Below the pieces are notes generated by a model. The model did not search any database. It was not told the DNA's origin and saw nothing but the letters and a program-made list of their open reading frames with translations. From a virus (Duplodnaviria > Heunggongvirae > Uroviricota > Caudoviricetes), in the IMG/VR virus record IMGVR_UViG_3300009826_000001, positions 1-64,000 of that record: 64,000 bases of DNA. One strand, written 5' to 3'. Position 1 is the stretch's first letter; every line of letters begins with the position of its first letter. A program made the translations under genes and the position numbers. Below are positions 8,093 through 15,909 of this stretch, piece after piece.

Positions 8093-8209
8093 GTGACGAA
8101 CGAAGTAGGGGCGATCCGCACTCGGTATTTCCCGACCCCGGGCCGGGCGTTCTTTCTTGAACTATCACCCTGCGGGCGAACAGGTAAGCGAATCATTTCG
8201 GCTCGTCAC
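8093..8209 (-). ncRNA. structured RNA-like repeat unit 4 (117 nt)
   Basis: terminal stem GTGACGA/TCGTCAC; GAACGAAGTAGGGG motif; no T-loop. Confidence 0.35.
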
Positions 8210-8219
8210 CGAAGTTGTG

Positions 8220-8384
8220 GGTGGGGAACGAAGGGGTTGGCAACCGGAGAGGGCTTACGCCCAGCGAGTTAGGCCACTACTCTACGGCCCGCTCACGCTT
8301 CTCAACGCTTCGCAGGCCGGCGGGATTCGAACCCGCGATCTCATCTTTGACAGAGATAACCAATTGCACGGTCGGCTCCCCACC
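8220..8384 (-). ncRNA. structured RNA-like repeat unit 5 (165 nt) with tRNA T-arm and D-loop mimics
   Basis: 8-bp terminal stem GGTGGGGA/TCCCCACC; minus-strand GCGGGTTCGAATCCCGC (perfect T-arm) and AATTGGTTA D-loop-like; no matching acceptor or anticodon arm. Confidence 0.45.
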
Positions 8385-8394
8385 ACAAGCTAGA

Positions 8395-8514
8395 GGACGC
8401 GAGCGAAGAAGGTGAAGACCGGGTTTCACGCCGGGGCGAAACCCGACGCGGCAGGGTTTGAACCTGCTATGCCAAGTTAACCGATCATCGAACGGCTCGC
8501 GTCCCTATTCAGCT
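8395..8514 (-). ncRNA. structured RNA-like repeat unit 6 (120 nt) with T-arm mimic
   Basis: 10-bp terminal stem GGACGCGAGC/GCTCGCGTCC; minus-strand GCAGGTTCAAACCCTGC T-arm-like and GATCGGTTA D-loop-like. Confidence 0.45.
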
Positions 8515-8630
8515 TTCAAGCAACAACTCAGGGTATGTACGGCGTACATGCTTGTCAAGGACATGTTTTCCCGGCGCGCCGCGAGTCATTACCCATTGCC
8601 GCCCGGATTCGGGCATACAGTGGCGATGTG

Positions 8631-8855
8631 ATGAGAATCCTCGTGGCGGCCCAGATCGGCGGTCGCAACGTGACCGAGACGGTGGAAGTGCCCAACGAGA
8701 CGCGCCAGGCGTTCCGCATGGCGATCGGTGACATCGCGTGCCGCCTGGAGCTGTCCACCTACGGCCCTCCCAGTCCCGTCGAGGAGATGACAATGGAGGA
8801 TCAGCCGGTGAACCTGGGCCAGTCTTTCGCGCGTGGGCCCAAGCCTAATGGCTAA
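8631..8855 (+). CDS. hypothetical protein (74 aa)
   Basis: in-frame ATG at 8631 within ORF 8535..8855; MRILVAAQIGGRNVTETVEV... Confidence 0.4.
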   Translation: MRILVAAQIGGRNVTETVEVPNETRQAFRMAIGDIACRLELSTYGPPSPVEEMTMEDQPVNLGQSFARGPKPNG

Positions 8856-9042
8856 CCGCGGCCTCAAGCGCGCCTACCCGATGGGGCCGCCGCAGCGCGA
8901 CGAGCTGATCATGCGGCTACGCCACCAGGGGTTCACCTACAAGGAGATCGCCGAGCGCGTCGACATGGACGAGTCTGGCGTGCGGCGCGCCGTCGAGCGA
9001 ATCCGCTCCGGCGGCTTCGGCACGGGCGTTATTCGCAGCTAG
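8848..9042 (+). CDS. sigma-70 region-4/LuxR-like HTH protein (64 aa)
   Basis: QRDELIMRLRHQGFTYKEIAERVDMDESGVRRAVERIR; ATG overlaps upstream stop (ATGGCTAA). Confidence 0.5.
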   Translation: MANRGLKRAYPMGPPQRDELIMRLRHQGFTYKEIAERVDMDESGVRRAVERIRSGGFGTGVIRS

Positions 9043-9196
9043 GATCATCCACACCGCGACTGCGGCCGTCAGTGCGAGTACGGCCCCGGCGAACTTCAGC
9101 CACCACTCCCGCCAGTAACGCTCCCGGTGAGTGGTCACGCCATGCGACGCGCACACCCACATGTACTGCGGGTGGTTCTTGCGCCAGCAGTTGCAC

Positions 9197-9463
9197 TTAC
9201 CCATTCGTACCAGGACTAACCCTGAGTCCACCCTCATAGTCCTGTCGGGCCAGATCGACCGAGGCGACAGCGGGTATCCCCGCGTAACGCTCAAGTTGAG
9301 CGGCCAGCCACCAGATCATGCCGTACAGCTCCTGGATGGCCTCATAGACATCGCCCGAACTGCAATCCAGCATGGACTGGAGTTGGTCGTTAGCCAGCAA
9401 CTTTCCCTGATCGTCTACGCAATGACCGTAGCTTCCAGCCACCGTGGTCCTTTCATCCATTGA
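9197..9463 (-). CDS. hypothetical protein (88 aa)
   Basis: start MDERTT within ORF 9197..9544. Confidence 0.4.
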   Translation of the reverse strand, partial: SMDERTTVAGSYGHCVDDQGKLLANDQLQSMLDCSSGDVYEAIQELYGMIWWLAAQLERYAGIPAVASVDLARQDYEGGLRVSPGTNG

Positions 9464-9764
9464 CTCCGTAGTTGCGGCCCTTCTGCCACTGCGCGGCGTG
9501 CAGGTTGCACACCGGCGTGCCACGACCCTCCGGCTGTGGCTCACCCTTGGAATTCACCCACTGCACGGCCTTGTTGGCACAGCCCAGGTAGTTCCACATC
9601 TCCTCGTAGATCGGGCTCGACCAATCCGCGGCGTCGTACTGCAGCTTGGTGCGCGCCCGGCAGCGCAGCGCGCTCACTGGAGCTGCTTCCGAAACGCGAT
9701 AGTCGGCTCGTCGCCGTAGCTGCACTCGGTGTTCGGGCACGACGGCGTGCTGGTGATGCTCCAT
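9453..9764 (-). CDS. hypothetical protein (start uncertain, possibly internal)
   Basis: ORF track; C-terminal WVNSKGEPQPEGRGTPVCNLHAAQWQK looks coding. Confidence 0.35.
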   Translation of the reverse strand: MEHHQHAVVPEHRVQLRRRADYRVSEAAPVSALRCRARTKLQYDAADWSSPIYEEMWNYLGCANKAVQWVNSKGEPQPEGRGTPVCNLHAAQWQKGRNYGVNG

Positions 9765-9931
9765 TCATGGCCGTTGCTGCAGGAGTAGCCGGTGGTGGCG
9801 CGGTTGGGGTCGTGGCTGTGGTAGTTGCCATCTTCGTCGTAGTACGGCCTCCAGCCCATCAACGTCTTGGTAGTTCCGTTGATGTAGACCTTGCTGGTGT
9901 CGCCACTGAGCTGGCATCCGGGGCATTTCAT
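9674..9931 (-). CDS. Cys-rich zinc-ribbon-like protein (85 aa)
   Basis: MKCPGCQ...CSNGHEW...CPNTEC. Confidence 0.5.
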   Translation of the reverse strand: MKCPGCQLSGDTSKVYINGTTKTLMGWRPYYDEDGNYHSHDPNRATTGYSCSNGHEWSITSTPSCPNTECSYGDEPTIAFRKQLQ

Positions 9932-10287
9932 CGGTCGCTCATGCTTCCGCGCTGCGGCATAATCTCTCGCGCACCGTCATAGGGCATGAACGCGTAGGTG
10001 GGCAGGTCATCGGGGTTGTTCATCACCGGGATGCCGTTCTCGTCCATGCCGTTGGGGATCTGCTGCAGCGCCCAGCCATACTGGAGCGCCCAGTTCACAA
10101 TCCGGTCCCATAATCCCTGGTGGGCGATCACGATCTGGCGCGCTTCGAACTTGGGCGGCTCAGCGGCTTCGGGCAGCTCCAGGTCCTCGTCGGCCGGAAA
10201 CCATTTGTGACAGGCCCCGCAGTACCGATTGATCTCGTCGTTGGGGTTGTGACTGGTCTTGTTGCAGTCGGGGCAGGTGAAGCTCAT
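9928..10287 (-). CDS. zinc-ribbon protein (119 aa)
   Basis: MSFTCPDCNKTSHNPNDEINRYCGACHKWF. Confidence 0.5.
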   Translation of the reverse strand: MSFTCPDCNKTSHNPNDEINRYCGACHKWFPADEDLELPEAAEPPKFEARQIVIAHQGLWDRIVNWALQYGWALQQIPNGMDENGIPVMNNPDDLPTYAFMPYDGAREIMPQRGSMSDR

Positions 10288-10532
10288 GAGTGCCTTTCCT
10301 TGACGTGTTGGGCGACCCACTCGGCCGCCTCCTTGACGGTGGTGAACCCGGCGTAGGACTCGCCGCAGTTCTCGCACACGACCAGCTTGTCGGTCGGGTG
10401 CGGCTCGGCGACGATCTCTACCCTTGGTGGATCTGCGGGTCGTTGCGCTGCTTCGCTCGCTGCCGATGGCTTCTTAGGCCGGCGGCCACGACCCCGAAAG
10501 CGGTTCGGGAGCCAGCCCCTCGGAGGGCTCAT
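10284..10532 (-). CDS. hypothetical protein with CxxC motif (82 aa)
   Basis: ORF track; KLVVCENCGESYAGF. Confidence 0.5.
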   Translation of the reverse strand: MSPPRGWLPNRFRGRGRRPKKPSAASEAAQRPADPPRVEIVAEPHPTDKLVVCENCGESYAGFTTVKEAAEWVAQHVKERHS

Positions 10533-10972
10533 GGCTCCTGTTCGCCCACAGTCAGGATCGCCGGGTTGACCACTCCGCCGCTCTCGTCGGCAACGACAGC
10601 CTTTTCCTCGCTCAGATACTGCCGGTTGTGCCAGCGCCGCAGTATTTCGCCGTACGCCCAGAACCGGGCGAGCGCCTCCACCGCACAGCCGTACATGAAC
10701 CCGGTGATGCCGATGTCAGCGTCGGCGTCCTGGCTGGCCTGCTCGGCGATCTCGAGGATGACCTTGGTGACGCCGTCGTGGTAGGCGGCGATCTCCTGCG
10801 AGGTCCACTGGTCGACCGGACCGCCGGGAATCAGTTCCCGGCGCCTGACCTCGGCCTCCATCAGCTCGGCCCACTTCTCGCCGTAGCGCACGACGGCCCT
10901 GCTGTAATCGTCGTCGTTGTTGACCGCGACGTAATCCTGATACTCAGCTTCCCTGCCGGCCACGATCTGCAT
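10529..10972 (-). CDS. hypothetical protein (147 aa)
   Basis: ORF track. Confidence 0.55.
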   Translation of the reverse strand: MQIVAGREAEYQDYVAVNNDDDYSRAVVRYGEKWAELMEAEVRRRELIPGGPVDQWTSQEIAAYHDGVTKVILEIAEQASQDADADIGITGFMYGCAVEALARFWAYGEILRRWHNRQYLSEEKAVVADESGGVVNPAILTVGEQEP

Positions 10973-10981
10973 ATCACTCCT

Positions 10982-11347
10982 TCACCATTGTTCTGACGGG
11001 TTCCCTATCTCGGCTGCCATGTCGTCGTCCTTGCGCGCCCGGCTCTCGTTGCAGTGCCGGTGCGCGGGCTGCCAGTTGGTCTCATCGAAGACCAGCTCGG
11101 GGGCCTGGCGCACCGGGATGATGTGATCCACGGTCGGGGCCCACGGGCTGCGGTAGTGCTGGCGGTAGTTGATCGGATTGCCGCACAGCGCGCACGGCTC
11201 ACCGGCGGCCTCGCAGCGGTACATGAACTGCTTGCGCAGCTGGCGGTAGGTGTTGTTGCGTCGCGGGTCGTCGCGGTCGCGGCCCTTGTGCGCCGGCCGC
11301 CACTCGCCTTCGGGGGTGTCGTCGAAGGGGTCGGCCTGCTCGGTCAC
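10982..11347 (-). CDS. HNH endonuclease
   Basis: CALCGNPINY...PTVDHIIPV...NWQPAHRHCNESR HNH motif; start uncertain (GTG near 11347; ORF open to 11533). Confidence 0.65.
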   Translation of the reverse strand: MTEQADPFDDTPEGEWRPAHKGRDRDDPRRNNTYRQLRKQFMYRCEAAGEPCALCGNPINYRQHYRSPWAPTVDHIIPVRQAPELVFDETNWQPAHRHCNESRARKDDDMAAEIGNPSEQW

Positions 11348-11625
11348 GGAGCGGGGGTGAAGTCGAAATACTTGCTGCGCTGCGTGGCGAAGTAGCCGCT
11401 GAGTTGGAGCACCGTTTTTTCGCAGCAGGGCGGGTGCGCTGTGGAGGTTCCGGCTACCGAGATGATGTGTGGACCGCCATCGGGCACCTGGTCGCCGAAT
11501 CGTGCGTTGCGCCACGCGATCTCCACCGCTCAAGGATAGTCACCGCCAGACCGCGAACAGCAGCAGCCACACCGCGATCGCCAATCCGACCAGCACGCCG
11601 ATGAGAACCATGTGCATGTCCATCA

Positions 11626-11772
11626 TGGCTCTTGGTTCATGTAGACGAACGCCAGCGCGCGCAGCGATAACGCGATGTCGATGAGTGCCAGTGCGATCGC
11701 CTGTTCGGCGAGCCCTTCGCGTGCCATCTCACGCATCTCGGGCAGCTCGCCGTCCTTGTCGAGAAAGTTGGT
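11626..11772 (-). CDS. small protein (about 50 aa, not in ORF track)
   Basis: MTNFLDKDGELPEMREMAREGLAEQAIALALIDIALSLRALAFVYMNQEP; followed by a 27-aa membrane peptide ORF (11542..11625). Confidence 0.3.
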
Positions 11773-12140
11773 CATATCGCGCCGGTCCTTCCCTGGACCT
11801 TCCAGATCACCTCGAAGCCCTCGAACTCGCGGGGCAGCGGGTCCATCGTCACCACGATGCAGCGACGCTGGTCGCCGTACTGGCCGGCCTGCACAGTGAA
11901 GGTCGGCCGATCGGCGATCAGCTGTGCGTAGAAGCGTTCGAGCACCTGGTTGGGTACCTGCGCCGGGGCGTAGGTACTCCTAGGTACTTGCACGACGACA
12001 GATGGGCAGTTGCATTGGCTGCCCTGGGTTGCCCGGTAGGGCTTGCGCAACCACTTGCGTATCCAGTTGCGCCAGTTGATCGGCTTGGCCGGGTGCTTCG
12101 GACACCACTTGGTGCCGACCCGCAGATAACCCTCGGTCAC
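11772..12140 (-). CDS. hypothetical protein (122 aa)
   Basis: ORF track. Confidence 0.5.
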   Translation of the reverse strand: MTEGYLRVGTKWCPKHPAKPINWRNWIRKWLRKPYRATQGSQCNCPSVVVQVPRSTYAPAQVPNQVLERFYAQLIADRPTFTVQAGQYGDQRRCIVVTMDPLPREFEGFEVIWKVQGRTGAI

Positions 12141-12390
12141 TGCTGCGCCATCTGTTGCACCATCCGCTTACCCTCCTCGGTCATGGTCCACATCAGCTGC
12201 TGAGCGTCGATCGACCAGCCCAGCTTCATGTAGCCCTTGAGCCAGTTATCTACCAGGCCAGCCAATATCACCAGCTCCGAGAATTCATTGACAGCCTTTT
12301 CAAGCTCGGCCTCGGACAAGCCGCCTTCGTTGCTCTCCGCAATCTCGACGAGGAAACGTTTCTTTTCGTTGTCAGATAGATACCCGCTCA
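12137..12390 (-). CDS. hypothetical protein (about 84 aa, GTG start)
   Basis: GTGA overlap with upstream stop; VSGYLSDNEKKRFLVEIAES... Confidence 0.45.
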
Positions 12391-12687
12391 CTGCGCGACC
12401 ATCAGCAGTGTGCGCTTGACCTCCTGGGCCTTGCTGAAGGCTTTCATGTAGCTCAGGCCGCTGTAGATGCTGGCGGTGATGCCCAGGATGGTGATCGTCA
12501 GGTCGTAGGTGTCCGCGTCGAAGGTGTCGGGCTCGATCGTGATGCGGGCATCGGCCAGCATCTCGGGGACCTCGATGCCCACGCGCTTGTAGAGCTTCCA
12601 CAGCGGTGCGGACTGGCCGGTGGTCAGGTGGTTCTCGCGGCCGGCAGGGAAGTCCCACTCCCAGTCGGGGTAGCGACGCATCGTCAT
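12388..12687 (-). CDS. hypothetical protein (about 99 aa)
   Basis: ATG (MTMRRY) preceded by GGAAGGA SD; upstream 28-aa TM peptide ORF 12690..12776 (MPPWWWIALTAFAVIVWTVLLIMGWKEK). Confidence 0.5.
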   Translation of the reverse strand: MTMRRYPDWEWDFPAGRENHLTTGQSAPLWKLYKRVGIEVPEMLADARITIEPDTFDADTYDLTITILGITASIYSGLSYMKAFSKAQEVKRTLLMVAQ

Positions 12688-12775
12688 GTCTATTTTTCCT
12701 TCCATCCCATGATCAACAGAACTGTCCAGACGATGACCGCGAACGCGGTCAACGCGATCCACCACCAAGGCGGCA

Positions 12776-13018
12776 TTATTTGAGCTGATCGAGCAGTGGC
12801 ACGCCGAAGTCGACGGCCTTGCAGCGCATGTGGTTGTCGGCGGCGTAACGCAGCGCGGTCAGCTCGTTGCCGAACAGCACGACCGTTCCCTCATGCTTGT
12901 TTTCCTCGTAGGCACACCAGACCACGCGGTGACGCCCGGAACCGGGCAGCTTCGGTGGCTTGGGTGGGTAATCGGTCTGAGCGGCATCGGACTTGTCCAC
13001 ACCCGGCATATTACGCAT
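12776..13018 (-). CDS. hypothetical protein (80 aa), last gene of minus-strand block
   Basis: ORF track. Confidence 0.5.
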   Translation of the reverse strand: MRNMPGVDKSDAAQTDYPPKPPKLPGSGRHRVVWCAYEENKHEGTVVLFGNELTALRYAADNHMRCKAVDFGVPLLDQLK

Positions 13019-13082
13019 GGATTAGTAATCAGACAACGGTGTGTCACCCGGCGTTAACCGGCTCCGACCGTATGATCGGCCC
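13019..13082. promoter_or_regulatory. divergent intergenic region (strand switch), probable promoters
   Basis: only non-coding gap between minus block and plus late operon; short inverted repeat GGTGTGTCACC. Confidence 0.3.
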
Positions 13083-13304
13083 ATGACGATCGGCATCGAC
13101 AAGCTGGACGACCTACAGGGGCTCATGCAGGGATTACTGGGCGTGGCGGCCGCGATTCGCGACAAGCTCACGGCTAAACCGCTGGAGGCCCAGAAGCTGC
13201 ACAGCATCGCGGTGACGCTGCGCAGCATCGACGATTCACTGTGCAGGATCGCCGAGTCGACGGCCATCATGTCGCGGCCCCCGAGCCCGCTCAACAACCG
13301 ATGA
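13083..13304 (+). CDS. hypothetical protein (73 aa)
   Basis: ATG 13083 within ORF 13041..13304. Confidence 0.45.
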   Translation: MTIGIDKLDDLQGLMQGLLGVAAAIRDKLTAKPLEAQKLHSIAVTLRSIDDSLCRIAESTAIMSRPPSPLNNR

Positions 13305-14038
13305 CCGCCGAGCAGCTCGACTTCATCGAGCGCCAGGCCAACGCCTGGCGTGAGATCCGTCAGTGGGCCAAGGATGCGGAGGACCACCCACTGATCCCGA
13401 CGCAGCCCGGCGGCAGCTGGGACGGCCCCGGCTCCACGCTGGACGGTGCGCAGGCGGTGGTGCTGTGGCTACCGAAGCTGATCACCAAGCTGGGCATCAA
13501 GACCATCCTCGACGCGCCGTGCGGAGACTGGACCTGGATGAAGCACGTCGATCTGTTCGGCGTGGACTACACCGGCTGGGACGTGGACGAGGTTCGCATC
13601 GAGAAGTGCGACAACACCGTCAACACGCCGCGCGGTAGCCGCGCCAGGACCACTGCCAAAAAGGTGCGGTTCGAGGAGGTGAACCTGCTCAAGGTCCGCG
13701 ACGTGCCCAAGGTCGACCTCATCATCTGCCGCGATTTTCTGAGCTGTCTGCTCGACGAGCACATCCAGCATGTGCTGACTCGGTTCAAGCTCTCGGGCAG
13801 CACCTGGCTGCTGATCACCACCTACCCCGGCGCCAGCAACGAATACACCTACGACCCGAGCCAGCAGACCTGGGACGGCTATCTCGAGCGGCCGGTCAAT
13901 CTCGAGGGACCGCCCTGGAACTTAGAGCCGGTCGCCCGGGTACCGGAAGTCTCGGGCCCCGGCGGAGTGCTCACGATGCCGCGCGATATGGCGCTGTTCC
14001 CGCTCAATCACGGTGCAGTGTGGACGGATGCTTCCTGA
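13301..14038 (+). CDS. class-I SAM-dependent methyltransferase-like protein (paralogue of 31046..31699)
   Basis: ILDAPCGDWTW (motif I-like), GWDVDE (post-I), DLIICRDFL (motif II-like); ATGA overlap with upstream gene. Confidence 0.55.
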   Translation: MTAEQLDFIERQANAWREIRQWAKDAEDHPLIPTQPGGSWDGPGSTLDGAQAVVLWLPKLITKLGIKTILDAPCGDWTWMKHVDLFGVDYTGWDVDEVRIEKCDNTVNTPRGSRARTTAKKVRFEEVNLLKVRDVPKVDLIICRDFLSCLLDEHIQHVLTRFKLSGSTWLLITTYPGASNEYTYDPSQQTWDGYLERPVNLEGPPWNLEPVARVPEVSGPGGVLTMPRDMALFPLNHGAVWTDAS

Positions 14039-14219
14039 CCAACTGAACAGGATGTTGCGGCTGGCCAATGGTGCGCTGCGCAAGATCGCCGAACGCGAGC
14101 GTATTCCCGAAGGAGCCGACGTTCACCACGACGAAGCCACCCGGCAATACTCCTGGTGGCTCGGCTACCGGCAGGCCGTCGAGGAAATGATCGAGCTGGC
14201 GCGCCAAAGCGGAAGTTAA
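14028..14219 (+). CDS. hypothetical protein (63 aa)
   Basis: ATG 14028 in ORF 14013..14219. Confidence 0.4.
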   Translation: MLPDQLNRMLRLANGALRKIAERERIPEGADVHHDEATRQYSWWLGYRQAVEEMIELARQSGS

Positions 14220-14296
14220 AGTTTTGGGCCCAAAACTTTATAGGTTGACCGCGATAGTAAAGGTTTCTTTATAGGCGCCCGAATCCGGGCGGCGCC
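14217..14296. promoter_or_regulatory. palindrome + AT-rich repeat + GC hairpin, probable terminator/promoter-operator
   Basis: perfect palindrome AGTTTTGGGCCCAAAACT; two CTTTATAGG direct repeats in the only AT-rich stretch nearby; CGCCCGAATCCGGGCG hairpin. Confidence 0.4.
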
Positions 14297-14338
14297 GTGG
14301 CGCTGCTGGATAGCAGCAGGCCGCTGGTTGATTATTGG

Positions 14339-14797
14339 ATGATGACGACGAGCAAAACCGACTGGGACGAGTGGAGCGACGAGTACGGCCAGTGCTACGT
14401 CAACCCGCCCTACCTGATCCGTCAGTACCGCAGTGCCAACGGCGAGACAGTGTGGCAGCTCACCGGCGCCGGCGAGCCGGTCGAGAGCGACGACCTGTCA
14501 TTTCTGCAGCGCGAGGCCGCCGAGCACCGGCGCTCGGCCAGCTCACTACCACTGACCCGGGAGCTGGGCGATCTGAGTGCGGGCGCTACTGGTGGCGGCA
14601 TCGTGCGCGAGGACCGGATGATCGACACCGCGCGATACAAGACCGAGCTCACCGAGCTGCGGCACTGCGCGCGAGCGCTGGCCAGGATGGTGAGCGGGGT
14701 CAACAACATCTACCGCGAGGCCGCGGTGGTCAATAGCCGGGACGTATTGGAGTCGGTACGCGCCGATGTCCAGTCGATATTGGACCGATTGCCCTGA
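14339..14797 (+). CDS. hypothetical protein
   Basis: ORF 14297..14797, ATG at 14339 (MMTTSKTDWDEW). Confidence 0.5.
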   Translation: MMTTSKTDWDEWSDEYGQCYVNPPYLIRQYRSANGETVWQLTGAGEPVESDDLSFLQREAAEHRRSASSLPLTRELGDLSAGATGGGIVREDRMIDTARYKTELTELRHCARALARMVSGVNNIYREAAVVNSRDVLESVRADVQSILDRLP

Positions 14798-14817
14798 GGA
14801 ACATCACACTAAGAAGC

Positions 14818-15078
14818 GTGGATAACGTGCGGATCATCCGTGCCAACGGCGAAGTCGAAGACCTGCCGGCGGGACTGCACACCGAGGAGCCCCGCTCACC
14901 GATGCGCCGGTTCATCCTGGAACTGCCCGAAGGCATCTTCGAGGGCATCGCTATGTCGGGCGGCTGGGTGGTGCTGCACCAGCTGTGCGACGCCATCTTT
15001 GTGATCTACCCCAGCGTCGGTGACCTGCTGGAGCGCAAGAACCTCAACGCCAACATCATCCGGTGGCTGGATGCCTAG
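14818..15078 (+). CDS. hypothetical protein (GTG start)
   Basis: ORF track. Confidence 0.45.
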   Translation: MDNVRIIRANGEVEDLPAGLHTEEPRSPMRRFILELPEGIFEGIAMSGGWVVLHQLCDAIFVIYPSVGDLLERKNLNANIIRWLDA

Positions 15079-15505
15079 TCTGACCAAGGTTGAGCGCGAG
15101 CGCCGGGATGCGTTGATCATCAACCTGTTCCTGTCCGGCCAGCGCGAGAGTGTGATCGCCCGCCGGGTCAACCTGTCGGCCAAGCGTGTCCACCAGATCG
15201 TCGATGAGCAGCTGGCCATCGCCAGCGAACGCTTCGGCCTGATCAGCCAGAAGGCCCTGGTCGTCAGCAATGAGCGCCTCGAGATGCTGCTTAAGGGCAT
15301 CTGGAACAAGGCGGTGTCCGGTGAGGACACCAAGGCCACCGAGGTTGCGCGCCGGCTTTTGGAGCAACAGGCCAAGCTCTACAACATCGCCGCCGACGTG
15401 CCCACCCGGTTCGCCCCGATGGGCGACAACGAGCTGACCGACGAAGTCGACGACCTGCGCAAGTACCGGGCACGCCATCACCCGCAGGAGGCATCCACGG
15501 CATGA
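15071..15505 (+). CDS. putative small terminase / HTH DNA-binding protein
   Basis: ATG overlaps upstream stop; [24 protein letters not shown]; lies upstream of large terminase. Confidence 0.45.
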   Translation: MPSLTKVERERRDALIINLFLSGQRESVIARRVNLSAKRVHQIVDEQLAIASERFGLISQKALVVSNERLEMLLKGIWNKAVSGEDTKATEVARRLLEQQAKLYNIAADVPTRFAPMGDNELTDEVDDLRKYRARHHPQEASTA

Positions 15506-15909
15506 CCAATATTGAGTGGCCGGCAGGATCGCTGAATGAACGCCGCGCCATCTTCGTCTATGAGGTCGCACGCCTGCAGGCCGCGGCGGTTGGCGCGCCT
15601 ATCGTCCCCGAGTCGTGGTCGCACCGTGACGAGGCGTTCCGGTCACAATTCCTCGGTGTCATCGAAATGATGGCCGGCGCGGACCGCAAAAGTGATCCCG
15701 AAGAACTGCACAACGACTGGTGGCGCAAGTACGAGGAGATGGGCTGGGTTTATGGCCCTGAGCGCGATCCGGTCAAAAAGACACATCCTGACATGGTGGA
15801 TTTCAAGCTGCTCGGCTGGCGTGAGCGTAACAAGGACGCTGTGTTCGTCGCGCTCTGCGAGCTAGCACGTCAATGGATCATTGACGACGATCCCGAGGAG
15901 GCGGCATGA
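15502..15909 (+). CDS. hypothetical protein (135 aa)
   Basis: ORF track. Confidence 0.5.
   Translation: MTNIEWPAGSLNERRAIFVYEVARLQAAAVGAPIVPESWSHRDEAFRSQFLGVIEMMAGADRKSDPEELHNDWWRKYEEMGWVYGPERDPVKKTHPDMVDFKLLGWRERNKDAVFVALCELARQWIIDDDPEEAA

Noticed and set aside
7792-8514. Canonical tRNA genes (T-loop consensus GGTTCGAATCC / GGTTCAAACCC present on minus strand)
   Set aside because: For each T-arm the flanking sequence gives no complementary 7-bp acceptor stem (e.g. CGGCCTG has no CAGGCCG partner) and no 5-7-5 anticodon arm at the correct spacing. They are better explained as tRNA-like modules of Y-RNA-like repeats. tRNAscan-SE should confirm this.
8917-9294. Minus-strand ORF overlapping the HTH gene 8848..9042
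   Set aside because: It overlaps a convincing plus-strand HTH protein by about 125 nt. Part (9043-9204) could still be a short real gene, but there is not enough evidence to call it.
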